NCBI GenBank assembly: GCA_963751275.1
Contig: CAVVTZ010000010.1
Location: forward strand, 19,012 to 83,011
DNA: 64,000 nt
DNA from: an uncultured Gemmatimonadaceae bacterium
GTDB lineage: Bacteria > Gemmatimonadota > Gemmatimonadetes > Gemmatimonadales > Gemmatimonadaceae
Direction: 5' to 3'
In this document: positions 51,197 to 61,502 of the stretch, in pieces
How the letters are laid out: each line of letters opens with the position of its first letter
Position numbering within the stretch: position 1 is the first letter of the stretch
Notes under the pieces: generated by a model
Databases searched by the model: none
What the model was told of the DNA's origin: nothing
The model's input: only the letters and a program-made list of their open reading frames with translations
Position numbers and translations under genes: made by a program

Positions 51197-51777
51197 CAGC
51201 CTCCCTGTTGCAGCGGCAGCGACGCGACCACGCGATAGACCGTCCCGCGCGCCCCGCCGCCGCTCTCCATGATCTCCACCGACGTCGCGCCGAGCCGCGC
51301 GCGATGATGCACGCCGCGCGCCGCCGCCGCGAGCGCCCGCGCCATCTCGGGCTCCAGACCGTCGCGCACCCGCCCCAGCGTGATGTGCGGCCGGAAGGCG
51401 CGACCCTCTATTTCATACCCCAGAAACCCGCACACCGATTCAATGTCGTGGTGGAGGAGCTCCAACTTGGCGTCCGCTTCCACGCCAAGCCAGATGATGC
51501 GCGGGTGGCGCAGATCAGGAAAAGCGCCGAGTCCACCGATCGCGAGCGACGGCACGGGCGCGGCCGCCATCGCCGGCGCGAGCGCGTCGCGGAGGTCATC
51601 GACCGACGCCGCCGGGAGTCCGCCCAGGAACTTGAGCGTCAGGTGCAGCTTCTCCTCGGCGACCCACGCGACGCCCGGCGCCGCCTCGCGCAGCGGTGAC
51701 GTGGCATCGTGGATGGCGCGCCGCTCGGCGGCCGGCAGGTTAATCGCGAGGAAGATGCGTGGCGTCGGCGGCATCAT
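51196..51777 (-). CDS. thpR: RNA 2',3'-cyclic phosphodiesterase (2H family)
   Basis: RIFLAI, HLTLKFLG and PHITLGR motifs. Confidence 0.92.
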   Translation of the reverse strand: MMPPTPRIFLAINLPAAERRAIHDATSPLREAAPGVAWVAEEKLHLTLKFLGGLPAASVDDLRDALAPAMAAAPVPSLAIGGLGAFPDLRHPRIIWLGVEADAKLELLHHDIESVCGFLGYEIEGRAFRPHITLGRVRDGLEPEMARALAAAARGVHHRARLGATSVEIMESGGGARGTVYRVVASLPLQQGG

Positions 51778-51964
51778 CCCCGAGCTCGAGGGCGAGGTGC
51801 GACACGCCGTGCTCCTGCGCGAACGCCAGCGCGCGCGCGCGGAGCGCCGCGTCCACGAGCGGCGCCGCGTCGCGCAGCGTCACGATCGCGAGCGCGCCGC
51901 GCTCCTCCACGAGCGCACCCGGCAGCAGCGCGGCGAGCGCGCGCGCGAGCGGTGTATCGCTCAT
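51740..51964 (-). CDS. Small hypothetical protein (74 aa)
   Basis: ATGA overlap with the larE stop; C-terminal HGVSHLALEL. Confidence 0.5.
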   Translation of the reverse strand: MSDTPLARALAALLPGALVEERGALAIVTLRDAAPLVDAALRARALAFAQEHGVSHLALELGDDAADATHLPRD

Positions 51965-52810
51965 TCGGCCCGCACGCCGGCCAGCACGTTGAGCGACCCC
52001 GACCGGAATCCGCGCAGGTCGAGCGCGGCGCGCGCGAATCCCGCGCCGCGCACCGCCTCGCGCAGCGCGCGCAGTCGGTCCGGCGCGAGCCACTCGCCGA
52101 CGAGCGCCGGCGCGATCTCCACGCGCGCGACGTCCCCGTGGTGCCGAACGCGCAGATCGCCGGCGATCCCCAACGCGCGCAACGCGCGCTCGGCGCGCTC
52201 GACCTGCGCGAGCCGCTCCGCCGTCACCGGCGTCCCGTACGGGAGCCGCGACGACAGACAGGGCGACGACGGCTGCGACCAGGTGGGAATGCCGCGGCGC
52301 TCCGAGAGCACGCGGATCTCGGCCTTCGTGAACCCGAGATCCGCGAGCGGCGACCGCACGGCGTGCTCCGCGGCGGCACGTTTGCCGGGACGCCAGTCGG
52401 CGAGATCGTCGGCATTCGTGCCATTGATGATGACGCCGATCCCGCGCTCACGCGCGATGGCGCCGAGCACGTTCCACAGTTCCGTCTTGCAGAAATAACA
52501 GCGGTCACTCGGATTCGCGGCGTAGCGCGGATCGGCGAGTTCGTGCGTGTCGGCCTCGAGCACCGGCAGTCCCGCGCGCGCCGCGACGTCGCGCGCCATG
52601 GCCCATTGCTCGGCGGGATAGCTCGCGCTGCGGCCGATCACCGCGAGCACGCGCGCGGGTCCCAGCGCCTCGACGGCGGCGCAGGCGAGATACGCGCTGT
52701 CCACGCCGCCGCTGAACCCCACCAGCACCGACGGCTGTTCGCGCAGCCACGCGAGCAGCTGCGTCTCTTTCTCCAGCGCGGGATACGAGGCGCGTGGCGA
52801 CGGCGGTCAT
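51961..52810 (-). CDS. larE: ATP-dependent sulfur transferase LarE; N-terminal frameshift near 52785
   Basis: SGGVDS PP-loop, RCYFCK, GTNADD, RPG, PCLSSR and GFRSGSLN motifs. Confidence 0.9.
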
Positions 52811-52850
52811 TGGTGAAACGTAGCCCGGCGCGTGGCGGGGGGAAGAGACT

Positions 52851-54123
52851 TCACCGTGGCGCGTCGCGGTGCGGCGCGACCAATGCCACCGGGACGGGAA
52901 AAACCGGCGGACGCACGACGCCCGGTGCCCAGCCCTTGAGCGCCTGGAGCGCCGCGCCGCACACGCGCCCCTGGCACGCGCCCATGCCCGCGCGCGCGTG
53001 CAGCTTCGCCTCGCGCGCATCGCGCATCCCGGCGAGCTTCGCCCATGCGCACGTCCTCGCAGCGGCAGATGACCGTTTCCGCCGTCGCGAGCGCACGCAC
53101 TTCGCGGCGCAGCGCGAACGCGTGCGCGAGACGCGCGCGGTACGAGCTCGCATCCGCGCGCTCGGGCGGGGCCGTCGCGGTATCGCCGCTCGTGGCCCGA
53201 AGCGCGCGGCCTGCACGCTTCCCCGCGCCGATCGCCGCGGCCGCGCCCGCGACGCCGGTGCACTCCCCCGCCGCATACACGCCGGCGACGCTCGTCTCCT
53301 GCCGCGCGCCCGTCACGATGCCGTGCTCATCCACGGCACAGCCGAGCAGCCGCGCCACCTCCGTGTTCGGCACGAGCCCGTAGCCGCAGGCGAGGAAGTC
53401 GCACGCCTCGCGCCAGGTCCGCTTCCCGTCCGTGAGCGTGACCTCGCGCAGCCTGGTGTCGCCGTCGGCGCGCGTGACCCACGTGCCCGCGCGATACGGC
53501 GCCCGCCAGAAACCGGCACGCAGCGCGGCCGCTTCCGCGAGCTGCCAGGGCGCGCGCCAGAGCGACGCGGCGAAGGCGCGCAGTTTCGCCGGCGGCGTCT
53601 GCTCCGCGACGATCACGATGTTCGCGCCGTGATGCGCGAGCGTGGAAGCCGCGGGGAGCAGCAGCGGTCCCGATCCCGCGATCACCACGCGTCGGCCGCG
53701 CACGTCGAGCCCCTGCTTCGCCAGCGCCTGCAGTCCCGCGGCGCCGGTGACGCCCGGCAGCGTCCAGCCCGGAAAGGGCAGGAAGAGTTCGCGCGCGCCG
53801 GTCGCGAGCACGATGCTCGGCGCGCTCACCCAGCGGACCCCCGTCTCCACGCTCACGGCGCCGACGCCCTCGCCCGGCACAGCGTCCACGACCTCGGTGC
53901 CGGTCAGGATGCCCACCCCCGCGCGATCCGCGCGATGCAGCCACGCCGATGCGGTGCGCGGCAGGTGCTTCTGCCCGTCGCGGCGCCAGATCTGTCCGCC
54001 GGCCGTGGCGGCGTGATCGAGCACGAGCACGCGCCGCCGCCCGCCTTCCGCCGCGCCCGTGGCCGCCGCCAATCCCGCGGGACCCGCGCCGATCACCACG
54101 ACATTGCATTCCACCGGAATCAT
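52851..54123 (-). CDS. FAD/NAD(P)-binding subunit, D-hydroxyproline dehydrogenase / HcnB-like; frameshift near 53045
   Basis: GAGPAG, GGQIWR, ATGARELFLPFPGWTLPGV, ICRCED and GMGACQGRVC motifs. Confidence 0.85.
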
Positions 54124-54377
54124 CGCGCGCTCCCCGTCTCCACGCGCATCCCGTTCGTGCATGCGATGAGGCAGGCGCGCTGGTGCGGCACACCATCCAC
54201 CGTGACGCGGCACTCGAAGCAGATCCCCATGCCGCACACCGGTCCGCGCGGCTCGCCCGCGAGCGACGTGCGGAACGCCGTGAAACCCGCGTTCATCATC
54301 GCCGCCGCGAGCGTCACGCCCGCCGCGGCCGTCACCTCGCGGCCGTCCACGAGGATCGTGATCGCCTCGCCGCTCAT
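54120..54377 (-). CDS. 2Fe-2S subunit (HcnA-like)
   Basis: CGMGICFEC...RAC. Confidence 0.9.
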   Translation of the reverse strand: MSGEAITILVDGREVTAAAGVTLAAAMMNAGFTAFRTSLAGEPRGPVCGMGICFECRVTVDGVPHQRACLIACTNGMRVETGSAR

Positions 54378-55528
54378 GCCGCCGCCGTCGCCGGCATCGC
54401 GCGCGCGGGATCGAACGGCGCCGCATCCAGCGGCGACGGCGTGCCCAGGATCCCCGCCGCGATGATCGCCGCCGTGCCCGGCGCAGTGGTGATGCCGAGT
54501 CCTTCGTGTCCCGCGGCGACCCACACGCCACGCGCGCCGGGCCACGCGCCGATGAGCGGCAGACTGTCCGGCGTCGCGGGACGGAATCCCGTCCACACGC
54601 GCAGCGCCATGGTGCTGGCCAGCCCGGGGATGAACTCGATCGCGCGCGCCATCATCGCTCCGAGCAGGCGGCGGTTCACCGACGCGTCTCGGCCAACGAG
54701 CTCGCGCGACGATCCGATCAACAGTTGCCCCGTCGGCCGCGGCTGCACGTTGAACGCGGTGGACTCCGCGGTCATCGTGTGCGCGCTCAGGAGATAGCCG
54801 AGCTCAACCATCTGGTGCCGGCAGACGCCCGCATACCGTTCGGTGATCACGAGGTGCCCCTTGCGCGGGATCACCGCGAGCCCCGGCGTGAGCCGCGGCG
54901 CGTCGATCCCGGCGGCGTTCACGATCACGCCGCACGCGATCCGCTCCGAGGTACCCTTGTCGCCGCGCTCGCCGCGGATCACCACGGTCCCCGATGCCAC
55001 CGACACCACATCGCACCGCTCGCGCAGCATGCCGCCGCGCGCCACCGCGCGCTCGAGCAGCCATCGCGCCACCGCTGGCTGGTAGATGATGCGGTCGTCG
55101 GGCACCCGCAGCCCGCCCGCGAGTCCGCTGCGCAGTGAGGGCTCGGCCTCTGCGAGTGATCTCGCGTCGAGCACTTCGCTCGCCACGCCGGCGCGCGCGT
55201 ACGACGCCTGCTTCGCGCGAACGGCATCCATCTCCGCCGCCGACGCCGCGACCCAGATCGTGCCGGCGCGCGTGTCCTCGCACGACGGCGGCATCTCGCG
55301 CGCCAACTCCGCCCAGCGCGCGCGCGACCACGTCGTGAGCGCGAGCTGCGCCGGCGAATCGTCCATGACGGTGATGTGCCCCATGCCCGCGCCGGTCGTA
55401 CCGCCGCCTGCGAATCCGGCATCGAGCACCAGCACGCGCAGCCCGCCGGCGGAGAGCGCCTCGGCGCACGCCGCGCCCACCACGCCCGCGCCGATCACCA
55501 CCGCATTGGGCGCGGCGCCGCTCGTCAC
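54374..55528 (-). CDS. DAO-family FAD oxidoreductase, probable D-hydroxyproline dehydrogenase catalytic subunit
   Basis: GAGVVG, GMGH, PRKGH, GFRPAT and GHEGLGIT motifs; cluster context. Confidence 0.85.
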   Translation of the reverse strand: MTSGAAPNAVVIGAGVVGAACAEALSAGGLRVLVLDAGFAGGGTTGAGMGHITVMDDSPAQLALTTWSRARWAELAREMPPSCEDTRAGTIWVAASAAEMDAVRAKQASYARAGVASEVLDARSLAEAEPSLRSGLAGGLRVPDDRIIYQPAVARWLLERAVARGGMLRERCDVVSVASGTVVIRGERGDKGTSERIACGVIVNAAGIDAPRLTPGLAVIPRKGHLVITERYAGVCRHQMVELGYLLSAHTMTAESTAFNVQPRPTGQLLIGSSRELVGRDASVNRRLLGAMMARAIEFIPGLASTMALRVWTGFRPATPDSLPLIGAWPGARGVWVAAGHEGLGITTAPGTAAIIAAGILGTPSPLDAAPFDPARAMPATAAA

Positions 55529-56488
55529 TGCGCCCGCCACCCGCCGCGGAAAGGATCGCGCTGGTCGAAACGCAGCGTCGATTCCGCCGGTGATGAACGC
55601 GCGGCCGCTGATGTGGGGCACGAGCTGGTCGCCGCATTCGGTGAGCCACCCGGTGAACGTGCTGCCGGTGATGCTCTCCTGCACGTAGCGCTCGTCGATC
55701 TTCAATTCACCGCGCGCGTGCAGCGCCGCCATCTTCGCGCTCGTGCCGGTGCCGCAGGGCGAGCGGTCGTATGCGGCGCCGGGACAGAGCACGAAGTTCC
55801 GGCTGTCCGCATCGAAGCGCGCGGGCGCGCCGAAGAGCTCCACGTGGTCGATCTCGGCGCCGTCGGCGCCGGTCACGCCGTTCGCCTTGAGCGCCGAGCG
55901 GATCGCGGTGCTCGCGCGCATGAGCGCGCCCACGTTTGCGCCGTCTACCGCCGGCTCGTCGACGTGCGTCAGGAAGAACCAGTTCCCGCCGTACGCGACA
56001 TCGCCGCGCACGCGGCCCATGCCCGGCACCTCCACTTCCACATTGGCCGCGTGACGGTACGCCGCCACGTTCTCGATGGTGATGCGCCCGTCGGCCTCGA
56101 TCTGCGCGCGCACGGTGCCGGCCGGCGTGTCCACATGCACGGCGCCGCCCGTGAGGCGGCCGAGGTGCTCGAGCGTGCGCACGACCCCAATGAGCCCGTG
56201 GCCGCACATGCCGAGGTAGCCCACATCGTCGAAGAACACGACGCCCGCCACGGCGTCGCGCGACACGGGCGGCGTGAGCAGCGCGCCGACGATCGCGTCA
56301 TGGCCGCGCGGCTCGAGCACCACCGCGCGCCGCAGGTGATCGAAGCGCCGCCGCAGCGTCTCGCGGCGCTCGAGCATCGTGTCGCCGTCGGGCATCGGCC
56401 ACCCCGAGATCACGACGCGCGTGGGTTCCCCCTCGGTGTGCGAGTCCACCACCGAGATCGCTTCGGGGAACCACACGTTGCCGCTCAC
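55525..56488 (-). CDS. 4-hydroxyproline 2-epimerase (proline racemase family); frameshift near 55590
   Basis: DSHTEGEPTR, GYLGMCGH and DRSPCGTG motifs (both catalytic Cys present). Confidence 0.9.
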
Positions 56489-57411
56489 CGCTTGGCGCCG
56501 CCGCCCGGCCGCGCGGCGAGCTGCGCGTGGATCAGCGCGAGCGCCTCCTCGCGCTCGGCGCCCGCGAGCTCGAGCCGCGGCGGCCGCACGCGCTCGCTGC
56601 CACGCTCCACCACCTGCTGCACCAGCTTGATCAGCTGCACGAATTTCTTCCCCGTGTCGAGCCGCAGCAGCGGCAGGAACCAATGATAGAGCGCGCGCGC
56701 TTCGTCCTTCCGGCCGGCCACGGCCAGATCGAACAGCCGCACCGTCTCCTCCGGCAGCGCGTTCACGAGGCCGGCCACCCAGCCCACCGCGCCCGCGGCC
56801 ACGCCCTCCACGATGAGATCGTCGAGGCCCACGAACACGCGCAGCCGCGCGCCAAGCTCCTCGCCGATCGCCGTGATGCGCCGCACGTCGCCGCTCGAAT
56901 CCTTCACCGCGTGCAGGTTCGCGTGGCGCACCAGCACCGCGAGCTGCGCCGGCGTCACATTGGTACCGTACGCGATCGGATTGTTGTACAGCATGCACGA
57001 GAGGTTCGTCGCGCCGATCACCGCCTGGAAGTGCGACGCGGTCTCGCGCTCGTCGCCTTGGTACACGTAAGGCGGCAGCACCATCAGTCCGTCGCAACCG
57101 GCCTTCTCCGCATCCTTCGCGAGCGACACGGCCTCGGCCGTGGAGAGCGCCGCGATCCCCGCGACCACCGCGACGCCGCTGCCTGCGCCCGCGCGGCAGC
57201 TCTTGAGCACGGCCACCTTCTCCGCATAGGACAGCGTCGCCCCCTCGCCGAGCGAGCCGAGCGCCACGATGCCGCGCGAGCCGGTGGACGAGAGCCAGGC
57301 GACGTGCGCCTTGAGCGCCGCGTGGTCCACCGCGAGGCTCTCGTCGAACGGCGTGGTGATCGCCGGGAAGACGCCCTGCCAGTCGCTCTGCCGCATCGTG
57401 GTCTCCGTCAC
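56485..57411 (-). CDS. DapA-family protein, probable 1-pyrroline-4-hydroxy-2-carboxylate deaminase
   Basis: GVFPAITTPF, GSLGE, YNNP and KDSSGD motifs; cluster context. Confidence 0.85.
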   Translation of the reverse strand: MTETTMRQSDWQGVFPAITTPFDESLAVDHAALKAHVAWLSSTGSRGIVALGSLGEGATLSYAEKVAVLKSCRAGAGSGVAVVAGIAALSTAEAVSLAKDAEKAGCDGLMVLPPYVYQGDERETASHFQAVIGATNLSCMLYNNPIAYGTNVTPAQLAVLVRHANLHAVKDSSGDVRRITAIGEELGARLRVFVGLDDLIVEGVAAGAVGWVAGLVNALPEETVRLFDLAVAGRKDEARALYHWFLPLLRLDTGKKFVQLIKLVQQVVERGSERVRPPRLELAGAEREEALALIHAQLAARPGGGAKR

Positions 57412-58856
57412 GGGTTGATCTGGACTGTTTTCGTCTCGGTGTAGAACTCGCGCGCCGCGGGACCTTGCTCGCGCGAGCCGGAGCTCGATCCCTTCGTGCC
57501 GCCGAATGGCGCGTGCGGATCCACGCCGGTGGTGTCGGCGTTCACGCGCACCAGCCCCGCGTGGATGCGGGGTATGTACGCGAGCGCCGCGCGCAGGTCG
57601 CGCGTGAAGAGCGACGCGCTGAGCCCGTACGGCGTGCCATTCGCGAGCTCGATCGCGTGATCCAGATCGGTGGCGGCGAAGGTCGCGAGCACGGGGCCGA
57701 ACAGTTCACGCTGCGCGAGATCGGCGTCGGGCGAGCCGCCGCGCAGCACCATGGGCGCCATCCAGAATCCCTTCGAGAATCCGGCGCCCTTCGGCACTTC
57801 GCCCGCGTACACGGGCTCCGCCTTGGCGGCATCGAGCACCCCGCGGATGTTCGTGCGGCTCGCTTCGCTGATGAGCGGGCCGATGGCCGCGTTCGCGTCG
57901 CTCACGGGGCCGAGCATCATCCCGGCCACCTGCGCGCGCAGCGCGTCGAGGAATTTCCCTTCGATGGACTGGTCGACGATCACGCGGCTGGTCGCCGTGC
58001 ATTTCTGTCCGGCGTAGCGCATCGCGCCGGCTGCGACGAGCGCCGCGGCCTGCGCGATGTCCGCGTCCGGCAGCACGATGGCGACGTTCTTCCCGCCCAT
58101 CTCGGTCTGGAAGCGCGCGTTGCGCTTGGCCGCGATCGTGGCGACGCGCGTGCCCACCTTCATCGAACCCGTGAAGCTCACGAGCCTCACGGAGGGCTGG
58201 CTGATCAGGATCTCGCCGGCCGTCGCGCCGCCGCCGAAGAGCACGTTGAACACGCCCGGCGGCAATCCCGCCGCGATCGCCGTCTCGGCGAGCAGTGACG
58301 CGACGTGCGACGCCATCTCGCTCGGCTTGAGCACCACGGTGTTCCCGAACGCGAGCGCGGGCGCCGCCTTCCAGAGCGGGATCGCGACCGGGAAATTCCA
58401 CGGCGTGATCAGCGCCGCGACGCCCAGCGGCTCCTGCAGGGAGAATTGCATCGCGCCGGCCGCCTGCGACGGGATCACCGCGCCGTTCGGCCGCACCGCT
58501 TCGCCGGCATAGTAGCGCAGGATGACCACCGCGCGCGCCGCCTCGCCGCGCGCTTCCGCCACCGGCTTCCCCACTTCGCGCACCATCGCCTGCGCGAGAT
58601 CCTCCTGTCGCGCCGCGACCACGCCGGCCCATTTGTGCAGATGCTCGGCGCGCTGCATCCCCGTGAGGGCGCGCCACGCCGGGTACGCGGAGGTCGCCGC
58701 ACGCAGCGCCGCGTGCACGTCGTCGGGCGTCCCGCCGGGCACGCGCGCGACGATGTCCGAGGCGTCCGATGGATTGACCGAGTCGATCCACGTGTCGCCC
58801 GCGCTCGGATGCGCGGCGCCACCGATGATCGAAGCGAGCTGCGGAGCGGAGGTCAT
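57408..58856 (-). CDS. Aldehyde dehydrogenase, probable 2-ketoglutarate semialdehyde dehydrogenase
   Basis: PWNFP, EMGGKN, GQKCTA and ELFGP motifs; first gene of the Hyp cluster. Confidence 0.8.
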   Translation of the reverse strand: MTSAPQLASIIGGAAHPSAGDTWIDSVNPSDASDIVARVPGGTPDDVHAALRAATSAYPAWRALTGMQRAEHLHKWAGVVAARQEDLAQAMVREVGKPVAEARGEAARAVVILRYYAGEAVRPNGAVIPSQAAGAMQFSLQEPLGVAALITPWNFPVAIPLWKAAPALAFGNTVVLKPSEMASHVASLLAETAIAAGLPPGVFNVLFGGGATAGEILISQPSVRLVSFTGSMKVGTRVATIAAKRNARFQTEMGGKNVAIVLPDADIAQAAALVAAGAMRYAGQKCTATSRVIVDQSIEGKFLDALRAQVAGMMLGPVSDANAAIGPLISEASRTNIRGVLDAAKAEPVYAGEVPKGAGFSKGFWMAPMVLRGGSPDADLAQRELFGPVLATFAATDLDHAIELANGTPYGLSASLFTRDLRAALAYIPRIHAGLVRVNADTTGVDPHAPFGGTKGSSSGSREQGPAAREFYTETKTVQINP

Positions 58857-58925
58857 GTGGGGATAATCTCTCCCCACGCCCCCGCCGTCGCAATCAGAGG
58901 CTGTTAACGAACCACTCGCTCCTCC

Positions 58926-58968
58926 CGGCGTTCGGGTGACCAATGACGTGGCTCGGGGTGCCACTCCC
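58926..58968. repeat. Single-arm copy of the family B repeat
   Basis: 38/43 identical to 6745-6787 by manual alignment. Confidence 0.8.
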
Positions 58969-58973
58969 GCCTC

Positions 58974-60281
58974 TCAGCGCGAGGGTCTGTACCCGATCGC
59001 CTCGCTGACATGTTCCGGCCCGACCTCGGTGCTCGAATCGAGATCCGCGATCGTGCGCGCCACGCGCAGCACCCGGTGATACGCCCGCGCCGTGAACCCC
59101 AGCCGCTCCGCCGCCGCCGCGAGCATCTCGCGCGCTTCCGTGTGCACGCCGCCATTCCGGTCCAGCCACCGCGCCGGGGCATGCGCATTCGCGCCGACGC
59201 CCGGCACGTTGAGATACCGGGCGCGCTGCCGCGCCCGCGCCGCCTCCACGCGCGTGCGCACCGCCGCGCTCCGCTCCCCCTGCACGCCGTCGCCGAGCGC
59301 GCGCACCCCCACCGCACCCACGTGCACGTGCATGTCCACGCGATCGGTCATCGGCCCCGAGAGTCGTGAGCGGTAATGCGCGATCTCCGCCGCCGCGCAC
59401 GCGCAGCTCCGCGACGGATCACCCGCCGCACCGCAGGGGCACGGGTTCATCGCCCCCACCAGCGTGAAGCGCGCGGGGAACGTCACCGCGAGCGTCGCCC
59501 GCGCGATCGTGACCTGCCCGTCCTCCAGCGGCTGGCGAAGCGATTCCACCACGTGGCGCCGGAACTCGAGCAGTTCGTCCAGGAACAACACGCCGTGATG
59601 CGCGAGACTCACTTCGCCGGGGCGCGGCGGCGAATTCCCCCCGATGAGCCCCGCGTCGCTGATCGTGTGATGCGGTGCGCGGAACGGGCGCGCGATCACC
59701 AGCGGCGAGCCGGGCGTCAGCAGCCCCGCCACCGAGTGGATGGCCGTCACCTCGAGCGCCTCGCTCTCGCTCAGCGCCGGCAGGATGCCCGGCAGCCGCC
59801 GCGCGAGCATCGTCTTCCCCGCACCGGGCGGCCCCACCATGACCACGTTGTGTCCGCCGGCCGCCGCGATCTCGAGCGCGCGCTTGGCCGTCGCCTGGCC
59901 GATGACGTCGGCGAAGTCGGGAAGGTCCGTGGTGCATGGCAACGGCGGGCCGCGGCTCTCGGCGCTTGGCGCGCCGCCGTTCCGGAGTGCCGCGACGAGT
60001 GCCTCGAGTGTGTGCGGAGCGGAGAGCGACACCGCGCTCACCAGAGCCGCCTCGGCGACATTCGATGGAGGAAGCACCAGTGTCGCGCCACCTGGCGCCA
60101 CGCGGCGCGCGATGGGGAGCGCGCCGCGGATCGCGCGCAGCGATCCGTCGAGCCCGAGCTCACCCACGGCGGCGAGCCCCTCGAGCGCGCCGGCGTCGAG
60201 CTGTTTCGTCGCGACGAGGATGCCGAGTGCGATCGGGAGGTCGAAGGCGGTGCCGTCCTTCCGGATGTCGGCTGGGGCGAG
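58974..60281 (-). CDS. comM: YifB/ComM Mg-chelatase-like ATPase, 5'-truncated at the junction
   Basis: LAPADIRKDG.FDLPIA, GPPGAGKT, RAPHH, PGEVSLAHHGVLFLDE and NPCPCG motifs; N-terminus absent. Confidence 0.9.
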   Translation of the reverse strand, partial: LAPADIRKDGTAFDLPIALGILVATKQLDAGALEGLAAVGELGLDGSLRAIRGALPIARRVAPGGATLVLPPSNVAEAALVSAVSLSAPHTLEALVAALRNGGAPSAESRGPPLPCTTDLPDFADVIGQATAKRALEIAAAGGHNVVMVGPPGAGKTMLARRLPGILPALSESEALEVTAIHSVAGLLTPGSPLVIARPFRAPHHTISDAGLIGGNSPPRPGEVSLAHHGVLFLDELLEFRRHVVESLRQPLEDGQVTIARATLAVTFPARFTLVGAMNPCPCGAAGDPSRSCACAAAEIAHYRSRLSGPMTDRVDMHVHVGAVGVRALGDGVQGERSAAVRTRVEAARARQRARYLNVPGVGANAHAPARWLDRNGGVHTEAREMLAAAAERLGFTARAYHRVLRVARTIADLDSSTEVGPEHVSEAIGYRPSR

Positions 60282-60290
60282 AACGACCTC
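60275..60290. other. Abrupt compositional junction, probable chimera
   Basis: GC content drops sharply; genes on both sides are cut within their coding regions. Confidence 0.85.
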
Positions 60291-61390
60291 CGAAACAACT
60301 TTCAAGCCCATCATTGGATCTTCTGTTCCCTGGAACTACCGTAATAAGATGGAATATTCTTTCTCCTCCGATGCGTCAGGCAAAAAGTATCTTGGGCTGG
60401 TCATGGACTCTTCCCGCGGAAAAGTATTCAACCTGACGGAATGCCATCTCACTAATCCCTGGTTTGTCGATGCCCTAAAAGCCGTCAGGAACTGGTGGCA
60501 TGAGTCCGAACTTGATGCCTATCATATGCATCATGACCGAGGATCTTTACGCACTTTGACCTTGCGCGAAGGGCAACGCTCAGGTGACCGCATGGTCGTC
60601 CTGACGGTGTCGGGCAATCCTGAATTTGCCCTGCATAAGGAGCATCTGGAAAGCTTTGTGGCTTTTGTACGCGATGCTGTGGAACCAGTCAATCCAAACA
60701 GCAATCTGGGTATCTTTTTGCGCATCCAGCAGATCGCCACCGGAATGACAACAAACTTATACGAAATGCATCTGTATGGTCCAGACCATATCAGGGAAAC
60801 ATTGAACATTCAGGTCCACCCCGATGAGCCGCCGACAGTCCTTTCTTTCCACATCAGCCCATCGGCTTTTTTCCAGCCGAACAGCCAGCAGGCAGAAGTC
60901 CTTTACTCGACTGCTTTGAGGATGGCTGACATCTCTCCAGATGCGGTGGTGTATGATCTTTATTGCGGGACAGGCGCGCTAGGGCTTTGTATTGCCAAGC
61001 ATGCCAAGCAGGTGATCGGCATTGAAATGTCGCCGGAGTCTGCCCTGGATGCCCGTACGAATGCCAAGCGCAATGGCTGCAACAACGTCACAATTCTATC
61101 AGGCGCAGTGCGGCATACCCTGCAGCAGCTGCCGGAACAAAATATTCCTCCTCCTGATATTGTCATGGTCGATCCGCCTCGTCCTGGATTGGACCCTGAA
61201 GCCTTAAAAAACCTGTTAAAATTGCGCCCGCCCAAAGATTTTGTATGTTTCGTGCAATCCTTCGACGCAGGCCCTTAATGTGGCCGAGCTGGTGGAGAAT
61301 GGTTATCGCATCGTCGCCATACAGCCTATCGATCAGTTTCCGCAGACCTATCATGTGGAAAACATCGTGCTTCTCACAAAGGTCGACTAA
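60282..61390 (+). CDS. rlmD: 23S rRNA m5U methyltransferase RlmD/TrmA family, 5'-truncated; frameshift near 61230
   Basis: YRNKMEYSF, FFQPN, DLYCGTG and VDPPR; DQFPQTYHVE in the second frame. Confidence 0.9.
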
Positions 61391-61394
61391 AAAA

Positions 61395-61473
61395 CCCCTG
61401 CCCTTGCCCTTGCCCGATTTCCTTGCCCCTTCCCGTTAGCCCCTTCCCGGATTTGCCCGTGCCCGTGCCCGAT
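61395..61473. repeat. Degenerate TGCCC(T/G) hexamer tandem repeats
   Basis: TGCCCTTGCCCTTGCCCG...TGCCCGTGCCCGTGCCCG. Confidence 0.65.
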
Positions 61474-61502
61474 TCTTGTCGGTTACCGTAATCCTTATGT
61501 GA

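Noticed and set aside
52851..55528. Hydrogen cyanide synthase hcnABC
   Set aside because: The subunits are homologous, but the adjacent epimerase, deaminase and ALDH point to hydroxyproline catabolism
54374..56488. Epimerase-dehydrogenase fusion (907-aa ORF)
   Set aside because: Removing one base near 55590 restores a normal epimerase end (AESTLRFDQRDPF...stop) overlapping the next GTG
59740..61278. 512-aa ORF spanning the junction as a novel fusion protein
   Set aside because: Its N-terminal part is the antisense of comM, joined in frame by chance to truncated rlmD
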